Shown: positions 1-12,660 of the stretch, piece by piece
Layout: each line of letters starts with the position of its first letter
Numbering within the stretch: the first letter of the stretch is position 1
NCBI GenBank assembly: GCA_002269645.1
Contig: NIVC01001531.1
Span: 2,691-66,690, forward strand
Reading direction: 5' to 3'
Source of the DNA: Macrostomum lignano
Taxonomy: Eukaryota
Length of the DNA stretch: 64,000 bases
Program-made: the position numbers and the translations under genes
Notes under the pieces: model-generated
What the model was told of the DNA's origin: nothing
Seen by the model: the letters and a program-made list of their open reading frames with translations, nothing else
Databases searched by the model: none

Positions 1-69
1 AGTAACAAAAAGACAGCCAAATAGAGTCTTCACAAAGACAGCAGAAAAACTGCTCAAATGAAGCGCAAT

Positions 70-330
70 GCAAAAAGAAAACATCCCAAGACAGCAAGCA
101 TCCCCCCTCCCCCCCCCCAGATAGCAAGCACCCCACATAGCAAGCACCCCCAGATAGCAAGCACCCCCAGATAGCAAGCACCCCCAGATAGCAAGCACCC
201 CCAGATAGCAAGCACCCCAGATAGCAAGCATCCCTTAGATAGCAAGCACCCCAGATAGAAAAAACCACCAGATAGCAAGCATCCAATTGATAGCAAGTAT
301 CCTTAAATAGCAAGCATTCACCAGACAAAA
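70..330. repeat. 18-19-bp minisatellite (cagatagcaagcaccccc)n inside Helitron copy 1
   Basis: Tandem units read directly; the same unit occurs at about 58640-59300. Confidence 0.92.
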
Positions 331-399
331 AGTATATAGTGCAACATTTCCTTAGCTTTCTAGGGGCTCCTTTATGATTGGCATGACACTTCTTATTAC

Positions 400-2220
400 G
401 TTTGAAAATGTCTCTCCTGTGTTTGAAATGGTGGCTATTTTATTTTTGAATTCGTGGCTTTTTAATGTTTGGCATGGTGACTCTTTAATGTTCTACATGG
501 TGGCTCTTTAATGTTTGACATCTTGCCAGTTTTATGTCTGTCATGGTGGCTCCTTACTGTTAGAAACGGTGGCTCTTTAATGTTTGACATGGAGTCACAT
601 ATATGTTTCACATGGTGGCTCTTCTATGTCTAACTTGGTAGCTCTTTTATGTTTGACATCGTGGCTCGTTAATGTTCTACATGGTGGCTCTTTAGTGTTT
701 GACATGGTGGCTCTATAATGTTCTACATTGTGGCTCTTTAATGTTCTACATATTGTGGCTCTTTAACGTTCGACAGGGTGGCTCTTTAATGTTTGACATG
801 GAGTCACGTATATATTTGGCATGGAGTCACATATATGTTTGACATGGTGGCTCTTTAGTGTTCGATATGGTGGCTCTTTAATGTTTGACATAGTGGCTCT
901 TAATTTTTGACATGGTGGCTCTTTAATGTTTGACATGGAGTCACGTATGTGTTAGACATAATGGCTCTTTAATGTTTGACATGGTGGCTCTTTAATGTTT
1001 GACATGGTGGCTTTTAATTTTTGACATGGTGGCTCTTTAATGTTTGACATGGAGTCACGTATATGTTAGACATAATGGCTCTTTAATGTTTGACATGGTG
1101 GCTCTTTAATGTTCGACATGGTGGCTCTTTATTGTTCGAAATTGTGGCTCTTTAATGCTCTACATTGTGGCTCTTTAATGTTCTACATGGTAGCTCTTTA
1201 ATGCCTGACATTGTGGCTCTTTAATGTTCTACATATTGTGGCTCTTTAATCTTCAACATGGTGGCTCTTTATTGTTTGACATGATGACTCTTTAATGTTG
1301 GATGTGGTGGCTTTTTAATGTTCTACATTGTGGCTCTTTAATGTTCTACATTGCAGCTCTTTAATGTTCTACATGGTGGCTCTTTAATGCTCTACATTGT
1401 GGCTCTTTAATGTTTTACATGGTGGCTCTTTAATGCCTGACATTGTGGCTCTTTTATGTTCTACATATTGTGGCTCTTTAATCTTCGACATGGTGGCTCT
1501 TTATTGTTTGACATGATGACTCTTTAATGTTTGACGTGGTGGCTTGTTAATGTTCTACATTGTGGCTCTTTATTGTTTGACATGATGGCTTTATAATGTT
1601 TGACATCATGGCTCTTTAATGTTCTACATTGTGGCTCTTTAATGCTTGACATTGTGGCTCTTTAATGTTCTACATATTTTGGCTCTTTAATGTTTGACAT
1701 TGTGGCTCTTTAATGTTCTACATTGTGGCTCTTTAATGTTCTACATTGTATCTCTTTAATGTTCTACATGGTGGCTCTTTAATGTTCTACATTGTGGCTC
1801 TTTATTGTTTGACATGATGGCTCTTTGATGTTTGACATGGAGTCACGTATGTGTTAGACATGGAGTCATGTATATATTTGGCATGGAGTCACATATATGC
1901 TTTACATGGTGGCTCTTTAATGTTGACATGTTGGCTCTTTAATTTTTGACATGGTGGCTCTTTAATGTTTGACATGGTGGCTCTTTTATGCTTGACATGG
2001 AGTCACGTATATGTTTGACATGGTGGCTCTTTAATGTTTGACATGGTGGCTCTTTAATGTTCGACATGGTGGCTCTTTTATGCTTGACATGGTGGCTCTT
2101 TTATGCTTGACATGGTAACTCTTTTATGTTCGATATGGTGGCTCTTTTATATTTGACATGGTGGTTCTTTAATGTTTGACATGGTGGCTCCTTTAGGTTT
2201 GACATGGTGGCTCTTCTATT
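400..2220. repeat. 23-bp minisatellite (tttgacatggtggctctttaatg)n inside Helitron copy 1
   Basis: About 1.8 kb of tandem 23-bp variants; the same unit occurs at about 59390-60460. Confidence 0.95.
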
Positions 2221-5039
2221 GCGCTTTTTTATGTTTAGCAGTTTTTTTTGTTTTTAAGGTGTTTTAATAAAAAAATTATTTTGCGCTTCTAAGATTCGAA
2301 CCCAGGTCGCTACATTAGCATTCTAGTCTGTTCGCATTGGGGCTATCTCTTTTCAATTGGAGAACATGAATTGTGGCCATTATAATTTAATTCTTACAGC
2401 AAGTCAATTGGAGTAGAAAGTTATGACATAATCAATTTCTCAGTCAGCCAGTATCAGTCCTAATTTAAGTTAGCAATATTGTTATGCAATTTAAATCAAG
2501 TTTTGTGTGCATTTCTTCGGCACTGTTTTCAACTGGTTGTGATGTAATCCTTATCACAATTGGAATTCAGTCAGTCAGTTTTTTCTCTAGCATTCTTACA
2601 ATGCATTTCAGGTCGAAAGAGCTGCTTGACCTTTGCAAAAAAGCATGTTTTTCGAATATTTAATCCCTTTAAAATTGAGCAATTTCTTAGCCAAGATGCA
2701 TGTACCGTCCCAGGAAAATTTCTGATCAAATGGTGCAAGTTTGAAGAAAATCGGTTGAGCCATTTTTTCTGAAATCTATCGCATACCTACCCACATACAT
2801 ACATACAGACAACTCATTTTTAGTATATTGGACTATAGCCTCATAACTTAGGTCGTTAGGACTATACATTTTAGTTAAAGCCAATACTTATCTACTATGG
2901 CCATAGACATGTCATGGACATGTAAATTTGCGAATGCAAATGCAAACGTGGCATGAGATTCTTTGAGCCTGCCGGAATGGTATGTACTAATAGATAGTAC
3001 ACTACTATTAACGGAACTATGAAGGTTTGATTTTACAACATAAAAACTCATTTATAATAAAAACTATATAAGAACATAAATAAAACTAAAAAGAAGAGTT
3101 CCACTCTCAATAAAATCCCTGAAAACACATTAGTCCTACTCCTACAGACAACAGTATGTGTAAAAATAATCAGTCATTCTTATGAACTCAGCTAGCTTTT
3201 ACAATAATAAACAGAATTCTTGAATTAAAAGAGGAAACAATGCTTTTTTTTACTTTCATTTCTTTTACACAAAGTAATTATAAATACAACTAACAAAGAT
3301 TTGCGTACAGAATAAAGATCTTGCTTCTTTTACATTGAAAAGAAACTTCCATGCATAGATTTTATTTTACCGCTTAGAAACCGTAAAATACCGGTACCGC
3401 TTAGCTAAAGTTATAGTTCTACATAGTCCTGTATACAATATATATACAGGATACGATATAGATGTATCATATCGACAATAATTAAAGTGTATAATTATAT
3501 AAAGACCATAGTTAGTTTTTCAGAACAAAAATCACTAAAGATTTATATGATCGTTGATTAAGGCACCGACAAAAGAATTACATAAAAACAACGAGTACTC
3601 AAGATCTCATTTAGTCTAGCTGACTGAAAAACGATCCTTGTTACCATGCTTCTGTTTAAAATTGGATCAATATTTTTTTGGACTTCCGCCTTTTATGATT
3701 TAGCCTTGTGAATTCAACGTTAATTTTTTGACGGACGTAATTAAAATGGTAAAAAAATTCCTAATTTAGGCCTAATTTTGAAGTTCCTGGAAAAATAGTT
3801 TTGCAAATTTATCCAAGACCAAAGGCATGGCCTCTTCGCAGTTCGCACGCTTAGTATATGAGCTTTGCTGGCCTAATTTGACACGGAAAGTTTAATTCGC
3901 TCTTTTGCTTACTTGGTTAGATATAGGCCTATAATCTAGCGCAATGACTGCGGGAGAGAATAGGAGAGAATAGATGAGAGAAGAGGAACAGGAAGATGTG
4001 TTGGAGAGAAAAGTAGAGGGTAGTGGATAAATGAAGACTTCAGAGGAAAGCGAAATAAAACAGATAAATGGAGGGAGCTAAGAGGAAAGAGGGGATAAAG
4101 CGATAGAGGGGAGAATTGAGAAAAATAAGGGTAGGGCCGCAGGGCGGGGCCCCCAATCGTTAAGAAGAGACCAACCTGTAATAATCCCAAAAAACCATCA
4201 AAGTAGGCCCTATTTAGGCCCAGTACGGCAGTATGTTGGATCAGGTGGAAAAATGATGGCCATGTATGGCCATGTATCCCCTAGCATAGGCCAGTGCCTA
4301 TGTCTCTGTGGAAAGCATAAAATGTTACACACTTTTGAAAACATGCAATATGACATAATTAAAACAATTTTTCTATAGGAGTATAGGCCTATGCAGCCTA
4401 TTGAATGGCAGGGGCAAATAGTAGTGTATACTGTATAGGCCTATGCATACTTATTTAAAATTCAACAAGTTGTAATAGCCTAATGCTTTAGCCTTTAGCA
4501 TTTGCCAAATTGGCTGTTACCAAACTGACTTATTGACAATTTTGATTGTTGCCAAATTGGCTTAGTGCCAAATTGACTGGAAGCTGGTCAGTAGCCAGAT
4601 TGCTTTTATAGACCCAAGGCCAGAGAGATGCTTTTTACAACTGTTTTTTGGTTTAATGTCTAGTTTAGGCCTACAGTCTAGCTAGCTCGAGTTGCAAGTT
4701 GCATCAGCTAGGCCTATCTTTCACTAGGCCCTATATAGATAGGCTAAAATCAAATCATGATTTCTATGCTTTTTTATACCTATACTTTTTAGTGCTTAGT
4801 TGTTAGCATTTCAATATCCCACCTAGTTTGCTTTTTGGTGCTTAAATTATAAATTTGAATAGGGCCTATGAATTGTTTTTATTTTTTATGATGCTAAGTC
4901 ATTAATTTATAGTTATATTTAGTAAGGCCTTAAAAATCTGAATAATAAATAATATATATTTAACTAACTAAAGCCAAGTCAAGACAAGGTAATATTTATT
5001 TTGTTAAAGTAATTTTTATAGACTTAGTATTTTCTTTGA

Positions 5040-5950
5040 AATCTAAAATTGTAAGGTAGGGGCAAAGAAAAGAAAGATTTGGAATTGGACAGTCTTGGCC
5101 AATTTCATAAAATTTCAACTTTAAATTGTGTTGCCACTATCTGTAACTTGGCACTCGTAAATCTATAAAGTTTCACAGATTGTTGGGGTCAATTTTCTTT
5201 CTAGATACTCTATCTGCATCTGCTAGGTACTTAATTCTGGGGGGAGGATAATAGTTACCGCAGTTGAGCAGTCTTTAGTAGGCATAGTCATTTAGAAAGT
5301 AGACACCAAGATCTTGACACTAAATTTCAATGTTCGCCATTTTGCTTAACTGATTACTTTTAATAGAATAGCATTGCCATCACTGTAATTTTGTATTATA
5401 GAACATTGAGATCTCAGAGCTCATTCAGAGTTGAGATTAATTTAGTTGTTTTATACCTTGTGGGCAAACAACTCAAGATAAACTATCAGGGGCTTTGATT
5501 AATTAGTGCAAAGAAATAGGTATTAATATTTATTAGTTTTTTAAATGAATAGACTGATTATTATTAATATTTAACAGATGAGATTTCCAGTGGTGCCAAA
5601 GTGCTGAATTAGATATTATTGAAAGGTAACCAAGTAGTTTAAGCTATTGAAAGTAGTATCACATAGGCAAAATTAAAATAAGTAATAAAAAATAAACTAA
5701 AACTACAACAAGTAAACCAAAGCAGGGAGGAAGAGCAAAGGAACAAAAGAGCAAAAGCATGCATATAGTGCAGCCCAATCTGGGTATATAAATAATGGGA
5801 TAATAAATTAAACAACATGTAGGGCAACCAATAAGGCAAAGGATAGGGCAACTGTAGGACAGTGTTCCCATTCTGCCACAAATTTGTGCCATGCCCAAAA
5901 ATGAGGCAATATGGCACAAATATGCAATTAATAAGGTTCGGCATGAATCT
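5040..5950 (+). repeat. Diverged dispersed repeat of unknown class, copy A (inverted copy B at about 61380-62400)
   Basis: aacattgagatctcagagctcattcagagttgaga (about 5402-5436) matches the reverse complement of about 62018-62055 (aacattgagggtctcagagctttctttgagttgaga), and the similarity extends on both sides. Boundaries are approximate. Confidence 0.6.
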
Positions 5951-6899
5951 AAAAATGTGGAAAATTTGCGCCTAAATTGTAACCCTTTTCTGCATTTTTT
6001 TGATGCTCTTTTTTGTTTGCTTTTCATATTAGGTATTGTTTGTAACAAAACAGACCACTTTTATGTACCAATAGAATAACAAAGCCAACCCTGATGGTGT
6101 TGGAAAGAAACTATTATGTTTTATAATTGTAGTATTGATTTAGAGAAATTAATAGTCTGATGCCCATGCTGTTATTGCCATTTTTACCAATTTTTTGCCA
6201 GGTTGTAGTGTTTTATCTCATCCAAATTTGGATGATTTATGATTGAGGTCCCTGGATATTTGGTATTTGAGTTTTTTTAATATTCAATGGGAATTACACT
6301 GCATTAGAGCCTTAGAGGTAAAAAGTGATAATGGCGCAAAAAAATCCATGGTGCAAAAATGAAAGGCTTGGCACAAAAAATGAAGGTTGCTAAGTGGTAA
6401 CACTGCTATAAAGGCAAGGAATGGGGTGACAGATGGGGCTATAGAAACTTGAACAAAACGAAAAACACAAAAATTAAAGGCCAACCAATGGGGCAAAGGA
6501 TGGGGCAGCAGAAGAATGAGGAAAACCACTGGTAGGGCATCATCACTGCATGAGTCATTATCTTAGCCAAATGGTAGATTGCCCTACCACAATTGCACAG
6601 TGACTATAAATAGCTATTAATAATAATTGTTGGGTATGCAATTTAGGGGCAATCATTTTGTTTTTATCTTAGTTATAGTGATCAATATCAATATCATACA
6701 AATCTACATTTACATGTATATAATATAATTAGGCCTTGTGCATAAGAACAATAAATGCTAATGTTTAGTTTGCACATGTATAGAAATCTCTTAAGTTGTC
6801 TTGTCTAACTAGTATGGGTATTCATTTAATATATTATTTACTTCTGATACAAATGGCAGCAGAATCTATTTGTATATACTTTTAATTTGTTTTTTATTT

Positions 6900-8600
6900 T
6901 AAAACTCTGAAAATTATCTTGGTGATAGAGCTTTGGCACTGGAGACTGAGTATGTTCTATGCAATTTTTTATGCATTTCAATTACTTTTGTCACTGCAAA
7001 GGAATATGTCTACACTAATTCACTTAGCTGGATATATAGAAAGAAAAGGAAGTCATAGACATCCACATTATTATAGGTTTATCTGTCTATTCTAATATAG
7101 GCTTTTGTATGATTCCTGGGTCTTTGTTATAAGTTTACTAGTTTTATATGGATACTATAATGAGGAACAACTGCATTGTGTGCCACAGAGAAGTTTGTCC
7201 AATGATACAGTTCCAATATATTGTTGCAAAGGCAAAACATATTATGATTGGTCAATTATTGAATATTGGTCATTGACTTCCTTTTACTTATGAAAAAAGT
7301 TATAATGGTTAAATTTTTTAATTTTTTTATGAGAGGCAGGGGGTTGTGTGCACCCTGGCGCACTTTAAGCGACATAGGCACACAACCGGTGAGAGGCATT
7401 ACTGCCCATTCTGCCGACTCCCCTGAGCAGGCATACAAGCGCGGGGATACATACGCAGGCACACACTCACACAGGAGTGTACAGTGGCCCTAACTTTATC
7501 AATTGTTAGGCATGTACACTTCACTGCGCCTTGGGGGGGGGGTTGGCTCTCAAGGCTGTTAATTGTACGAGCAGAGCCAAGCCGAAATTCCAATTCAGCC
7601 CCAAATTAATGTGGCTGCACTTGGAATCGAGCCTGGGTCGCTGGCACACCAGAGCAGCTGCGCTACCGCTGGGCTACGGCCCCCCTTAATAATAGTTAAA
7701 TTACAACTATATATCTAAGATTAAATTTACTTTTTGTATAATTATTTCTTGTATTCGAAAAATAGGATATGAGACCTTAGTGCACTTTGCTAGTATTTTA
7801 TTAAGTATGCTTTACTAAGTTCAAAAAGGCCTATTTCTTCTAATACTATTAGCAAATAAAAGGCTCTAATTTGGCTAAATTCTGCAGCTTAGGTCTCTTG
7901 CAAAAGAGCTTGGCTGCTTTATTTAGAAATTCTTTGGGAGCATTGTCTCTAGGCCTAATTAGTAGCAATAGTCAACAAAGCTCAAAGCTTTGATCAATGT
8001 TGCAATCTTATTTGTCTAGCCATTTTTTATTGTTGTGCTTGCATTGAAACATAGAAGAAGCTTTCAACAATAGTTTTTATAAAGTAACAGAATATATTAA
8101 TTTTTATAAATACAATCTAATCTAATAAGCTATAGTAGATAGGTCATTTACTAGTGTTACAATTCTGCAATACAAAGTTGAGCAGGGCATATGTTACAAA
8201 TGTCCTTGCTAGCCTACTAATAGACATCAAGGTTGGCATAGAATGACCAGTACAATATTCCTTTGTTGAATATTGCTATTAAAAAACTATCAAAAGTAGT
8301 CTGTCAGGTGCAAGGGCAGGTCTATGGTTGAAAATGGCAATGCAATCTAGATTTATATTAGTGGCCTATTGACAGGGGTTCTGTAGCCTTTGTCTATGTA
8401 TATATGCAATGGACATGATTAATAGTGTCAATGTAGTTTCTAGTGTACCTTAAATTCAAGAAAATCTACATAAGACAGATTGCATCTTTTATAACCTTGC
8501 ACTCTATGCTTAATTGAAAAAATATCCACACTTTTCAGCAAGGTGAACTGGCATTCTTTCATCTTGCAATCCCCAATTTTATTTAGTTTCATTTTACAAT
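6900..8600 (-). pseudogene. Heavily decayed non-LTR retrotransposon (LINE) reverse-transcriptase remnant, interrupted by a SINE
   Basis: Frameshifted minus-strand fragments resemble RT motifs in the expected order: AIFNKGIL (LFNKSL-like, about 8270), FLNLSKAY (FLDLSKAFD-like, about 7820) and KGSQ*PIFN (QGS..P.LF-like, about 7270). Many stops; pattern recognition only. Confidence 0.3.
7325..7685 (-). mobile_element. tRNA-derived SINE-like element
   Basis: The minus strand begins gggggccgtagcccagcggtagcg (A-box-like) ... ggctcgattcc (B-box-like), followed by a GC-rich body and an A-rich end, within AT-rich DNA. No convincing cloverleaf. Confidence 0.55.
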
Positions 8601-9241
8601 CCCCATTGAAAATGAAAAAGGCAATGTACTTTATTCAAAAAAGGTCATATATAGTAATTGTATTTGTATTGTATATTGTATTGTAATATGTAATATATTA
8701 TGTAATATAAGGCTTAGTTAATATGTTCAGGTAGCTCAAAACATGCACGCACCCCCTCACTTCATCTTATAAGCTTACAATCACTTAATAGAAATGAAGT
8801 TCTATAATGAGAGTGGTATACACAAGTGAATGCAAAAAGGATAAAGTCAACCTAGGCGGCAGGCCCAATCTAGCTTAGCTAATAAAAAAGCAGTAAGGAA
8901 AGAGGTCAATGTTAAACATATGCAGGTGAGAAGAAACCTGTTTATTGGTCTGGCTTTATACGAGCTAAAGTAACAGAACGCGCTTTTACAAAAGATATTA
9001 GGCTTTTTCCAGTTTTTCAACCATCTTTAGTTCTTGTAGATTGTAAAGTGCAAAAGTGCAAAAAACGCTAACTTTGCTACTAAATAATGAGTAGATAAGC
9101 GCAGCTTTTTGAGAGTAAAATATTAAATTAAATATTTGTATTTAATTTTGTTCTTTTATTATTAGATCACTCGTCATTGGCTGGCAAGATAGCGATCTAG
9201 AAAGAGATTGACCCGTTGGACTCTGACCCCTCACTGTTGCA

Positions 9242-9250
9242 TATAAAAGG
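9242..9250 (+). promoter_or_regulatory. Candidate TATA box of the Bcl-2-family gene
   Basis: TATAAAAGG lies about 95 bp upstream of the predicted first ATG (9337). Confidence 0.45.
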
Positions 9251-9336
9251 CCCCAAGTATTGCTACGTAATGTTCTACTTTTTCTCTTCGCCTAACTTTG
9301 AGTCAAATCTTTACCTATCTAAGCCGATTTGAAGCT

Positions 9337-10913
9337 ATGACAGTAGTTCTGTCGTCTACCCTGGGTCAGACTGGGTAAGTGGACCAGAAACCCACATAGC
9401 TGATAGCAGTGTACACTGCAGCCTGTTTACCTTGCTCATTTAATGCATAAATCATTATACATTATTTTGATATTAATCTTGCCGGACTCGCTCGCATTGC
9501 AGGCCAACTAACCGCTTGCAGCCCATGGCTGGTCAGGCTTCCTCTTCTAGTAGCAGCGGCGGCGGCAGCAATGGAGGAGCTTCCAACGATGGAGATCGGG
9601 AAATCTTTCGCGAATTAATGACTGTCTACCTGCAGAAAAGTGCCAGCAGCAATGTTCGATTCCAAGCAGCCTCAAACGGCAGTTATTATCGGCATGCCCA
9701 GCAGAAGCAGCAAAACGGCAAAAGCAGCAACAGTCCCCTGATGCAAGAGTTGTCTTCGGCAGTGATTGGCCTCACAAGCGACTACGAGTTGAGATATCGA
9801 GAGAAGCTAAACGACCTCAGATCCAATTGGGTTATCGACGCCAATTGTCCCAGAGACAGTTTCAGACAAGTGCTAGACAATGTCTTCGTTGATAATTGCA
9901 ATTGGGGTCGGGTTGTTACTATCTTTGTGTTCGGCTCTATGTTCCTCAGCCAGTGCCAACGCCAGGGGATCAGCGGGGTGACGGCTGCTGAAGTCTGCGA
10001 CTGGTCAGTGGAGTACGTTGATAAGCGAGTGCTGCAGTGGATCAATCAGAATGGCGGCTGGGTGAGTGGCTTCAATCCTATTGTTTCTTAGATGCACGAA
10101 GTGCACAAGTGGTCTTTCATATCCTTGGAACTTTATATCTCCGTTAGAATTAGGCTTAGGGTTAGGCTTGTCGGAGGTATGACATGTCGGAGATATGGAG
10201 TGTCGGAGATATGAAGTGTCGGAGATATGAAGTGTCGGAGATGCGAAGTGTCGGAGATATGAAGTGTCGGAGATATGAAGTGTCGGAGATATGGAGTGTC
10301 GGAGATATGAAGTGTCGGAGATATGAAGTGTCGGAGATATGAAGTGTCGGAGATATGGAGTGTCGGAGATATGAAGTGTCGGAGATATGGAGTGTCGGAG
10401 ATATGAAGTGTCGGAGATATGAAGTGTCGGAGATGCGAAGTGTCGGAGATATGGAGTGTCGGAGATATGAAGTGTCGGAGATATGAAGTGTCGGAGATGC
10501 GAAGTGTCGGAGATGCGAAGTGTCGGAGATGCGAAGTGTCGGAGATATGAAGTGTCGGAGATGCGAAGTGTCGGAGATATGAAATGTCGTAGATATGACG
10601 TGTCGGAGATGCGAAGTGTCGGAGATATGAAATCGCCTCCGAACAAACCCCAAATGAATGTGGGTGCGCATTGAGTGAAACCAGCTTGGGTTCTCTGACA
10701 GAAATTACTTTATTTAGTAAAACAAAATGAGTATAAATATTTTTTATTCTCCTGCAGCTTGGCCTGATCCGCTTCTATAACGACGGCGAATCTGGTGGCC
10801 TTGGCAATGGGCCAAATAATAATAACAACGATAGCGGTGTGCTAACTAGACTACTGACAGTAGCCGGCGCTGGGCTGGCCATTGCATCACTGACATCGTT
10901 TCTGCGCGCTTGA
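9337..10913 (+). CDS. Bcl-2 family apoptosis regulator (Bcl-2/Bcl-xL-like architecture), about 250 aa
   Basis: Exons 9337-9374, 9503-10061 and 10758-10913, all GT-AG and in frame (753 nt). BH1 NWGRVVTIFVFG; BH2 WINQNGGW|LGLIRFY, split by the phase-0 intron typical of this family; BH3-position SDYELRY; C-terminal hydrophobic anchor LLTVAGAGLAIASLTSFLRA. The first exon is less certain; the alternative start is ATG 9525. Confidence 0.88.
10185..10630. repeat. 16-bp intronic minisatellite (tgtcggagatatgaag)n
   Basis: Tandem units read directly inside intron 10062-10757. Confidence 0.95.
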
Positions 10914-11859
10914 AAATTGACAGGCAGACAGACAGACAGAATGGCACTTTTTATCAGTAAAAAATTGTTTTTAAGCAAAAAAATTGCAAAACATCCAATA
11001 TCAGAACTGCGAGCATTGGTACTTTTTTCTTTAACTTTGAGTAAAGAGTTCCCAGCGCTCTTGCAATATAAACAATTTACAAGGGTCTAAGGGTTGTTAG
11101 TAATTTTTTATTAATTGGAGATGTTCCAAGAATTGCCTATAAAAACTATAAATACAAGCGCAACACTCAGCTGTAGTACTAATTAGATGACGAGGCATTT
11201 AGCCTATAAAATACAGTCATAGTTACTCCTGCCGTTTACCCTAAATTACGTTTCTTCTTTCTTAGGTTAGTCGCATTTTTGGTCAAAAAGCCGGTCGAAT
11301 GTGTAAAATGGGGGGGAGGGGTGTTGCGCATGTATGCCATCGAACAAAACACAGATTTCTATCGCTTCTCTTGAGTTCTGTTTTTATCTATAGTATGAAA
11401 TAATTTTCAATTCTCAATGCTGTCATTCTTCTATGCCTGTACAATCTTTGTAGTTAGGAGTAATAGAAGTCTATATATAATGCTTCTTTATATTTTTATT
11501 TGGCACAGATTACTACCTGTATAAATACTAGTATGTATCGTTTCGTAAGTAGTATAATGTTTTATTGATTGATTCTTTTTTAATGTATTTTATTCCCATT
11601 TTTTAAGCTCCTACTTACATAAGTGCAAGCTCCGGCTGCTTGAACCTGGCAATACTTATTCATTTTATTTCTAATGTATGCTAACTGAAGATTCACGCAC
11701 TTGGTGGGTTTATGCGATTTTACTACCGAAACATTGAATCGATTGCTTTCTTGCTTTGCCTCTTCTGTTGCCTGTTTCTCTGAGTCTATAATTTAATCCG
11801 TGCACACTTAATTAGCAGTTTTATGTTTTGTTTAAATTGCCTATGTTTAATTTTGATAA

Positions 11860-12660
11860 ATTCGCTCCTAATCCACCTCAAGAATCGCCCCTAATCTACC
11901 CTAAGAATCGCCCCTAATCCGTCTCAAGAAGCGTCCCTAATCCACCCCAATAATCACCCCTAATCCGTCCCAAGAAGCGTCTCTAATCCAACCCAATAAT
12001 CACCCCTAATCCGTCCCAAGAAGCGTCTCTAATCCACCCCAAGAATCGCCTTCTAATCCAGCCCAAGAATCGCCCCTAGTCCCCCCCAAAAATCGCCCCT
12101 AATCCACCTCAAGAATCGCCCCTAGTCCACCCCAAGAATCGCCCCTAATCCACCTCAAGAATCGCCCCTAGTCCACCCCAAGAATCGCCCCTAGTCCACC
12201 CCAAGAATCGCCCCTAATCCACCCCAATAATCACCCCTAATCCGTCCCAAGAAGCGTCTCTAATCCAACCCAATAATCACCCCTAATACGTCCCAAGAAG
12301 CGTCACTAATCCACCCCAAGAATCGCCCCTAGTCCACCCCAAGAATCGCCCCTAATCCACCTCAAGAATCGCCCCTAGTCCACCCCAAGAATCGCCCCTA
12401 ATCCAGCCCAAGAATCGCCCCAATCCACCTCAAGAATCGCCCCCAATCCAGCCCAAGAATCGCCCCCAATCCACCTCAGGAATCGCCCCAATCCACCTCA
12501 AGAATCGCCCCTAATCCAGCCCAAGAATCGCCCCAATCCACCTCAAGAATCGCCCCCAATCCAGCCCAAGAATCGCCCCCAATCCACCTCAGGAATCGCC
12601 CCCAATCCAGCCCAAGAATCGCCCCTAATCCAGCCCACGAATCGCCTCGAACCCATCTAA
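11860..12660. repeat. 23-bp minisatellite (aagaatcgcccctaatccacccc)n
   Basis: Tandem units read directly; related arrays at about 14017-14620 and 21317-21360. Confidence 0.95.

Larger units (their letters stand above)
1..2832 (-). mobile_element. Non-autonomous Helitron-like element, copy 1 (3' end lies outside the window), carrying two minisatellite arrays
   Basis: Collinear with 58528-61079. Both copies have the same order on the + strand: 18-19-bp array, 23-bp array, tRNA-box-like segment (gattcgaacccaggtcgc near 2293), about 550 bp of conserved body, (ACAT)n, then a minus-strand 5' end reading TC..TATA(C/T)CTAAAAATGAG. The 3' hairpin plus CTAG is visible only in copy 2. Confidence 0.7.

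Noticed and set aside
2560-2772. 70-aa ORF repeated at 60717-61007, suggesting a conserved small gene
   Set aside because: It has a non-ATG start in copy 1 and lies antisense within the Helitron body; the similarity reflects transposon copies.
10005-10674. Repetitive ORFs (HISDTSYLR and similar)
   Set aside because: They derive from a 16-bp array in the Bcl-2-like gene intron.
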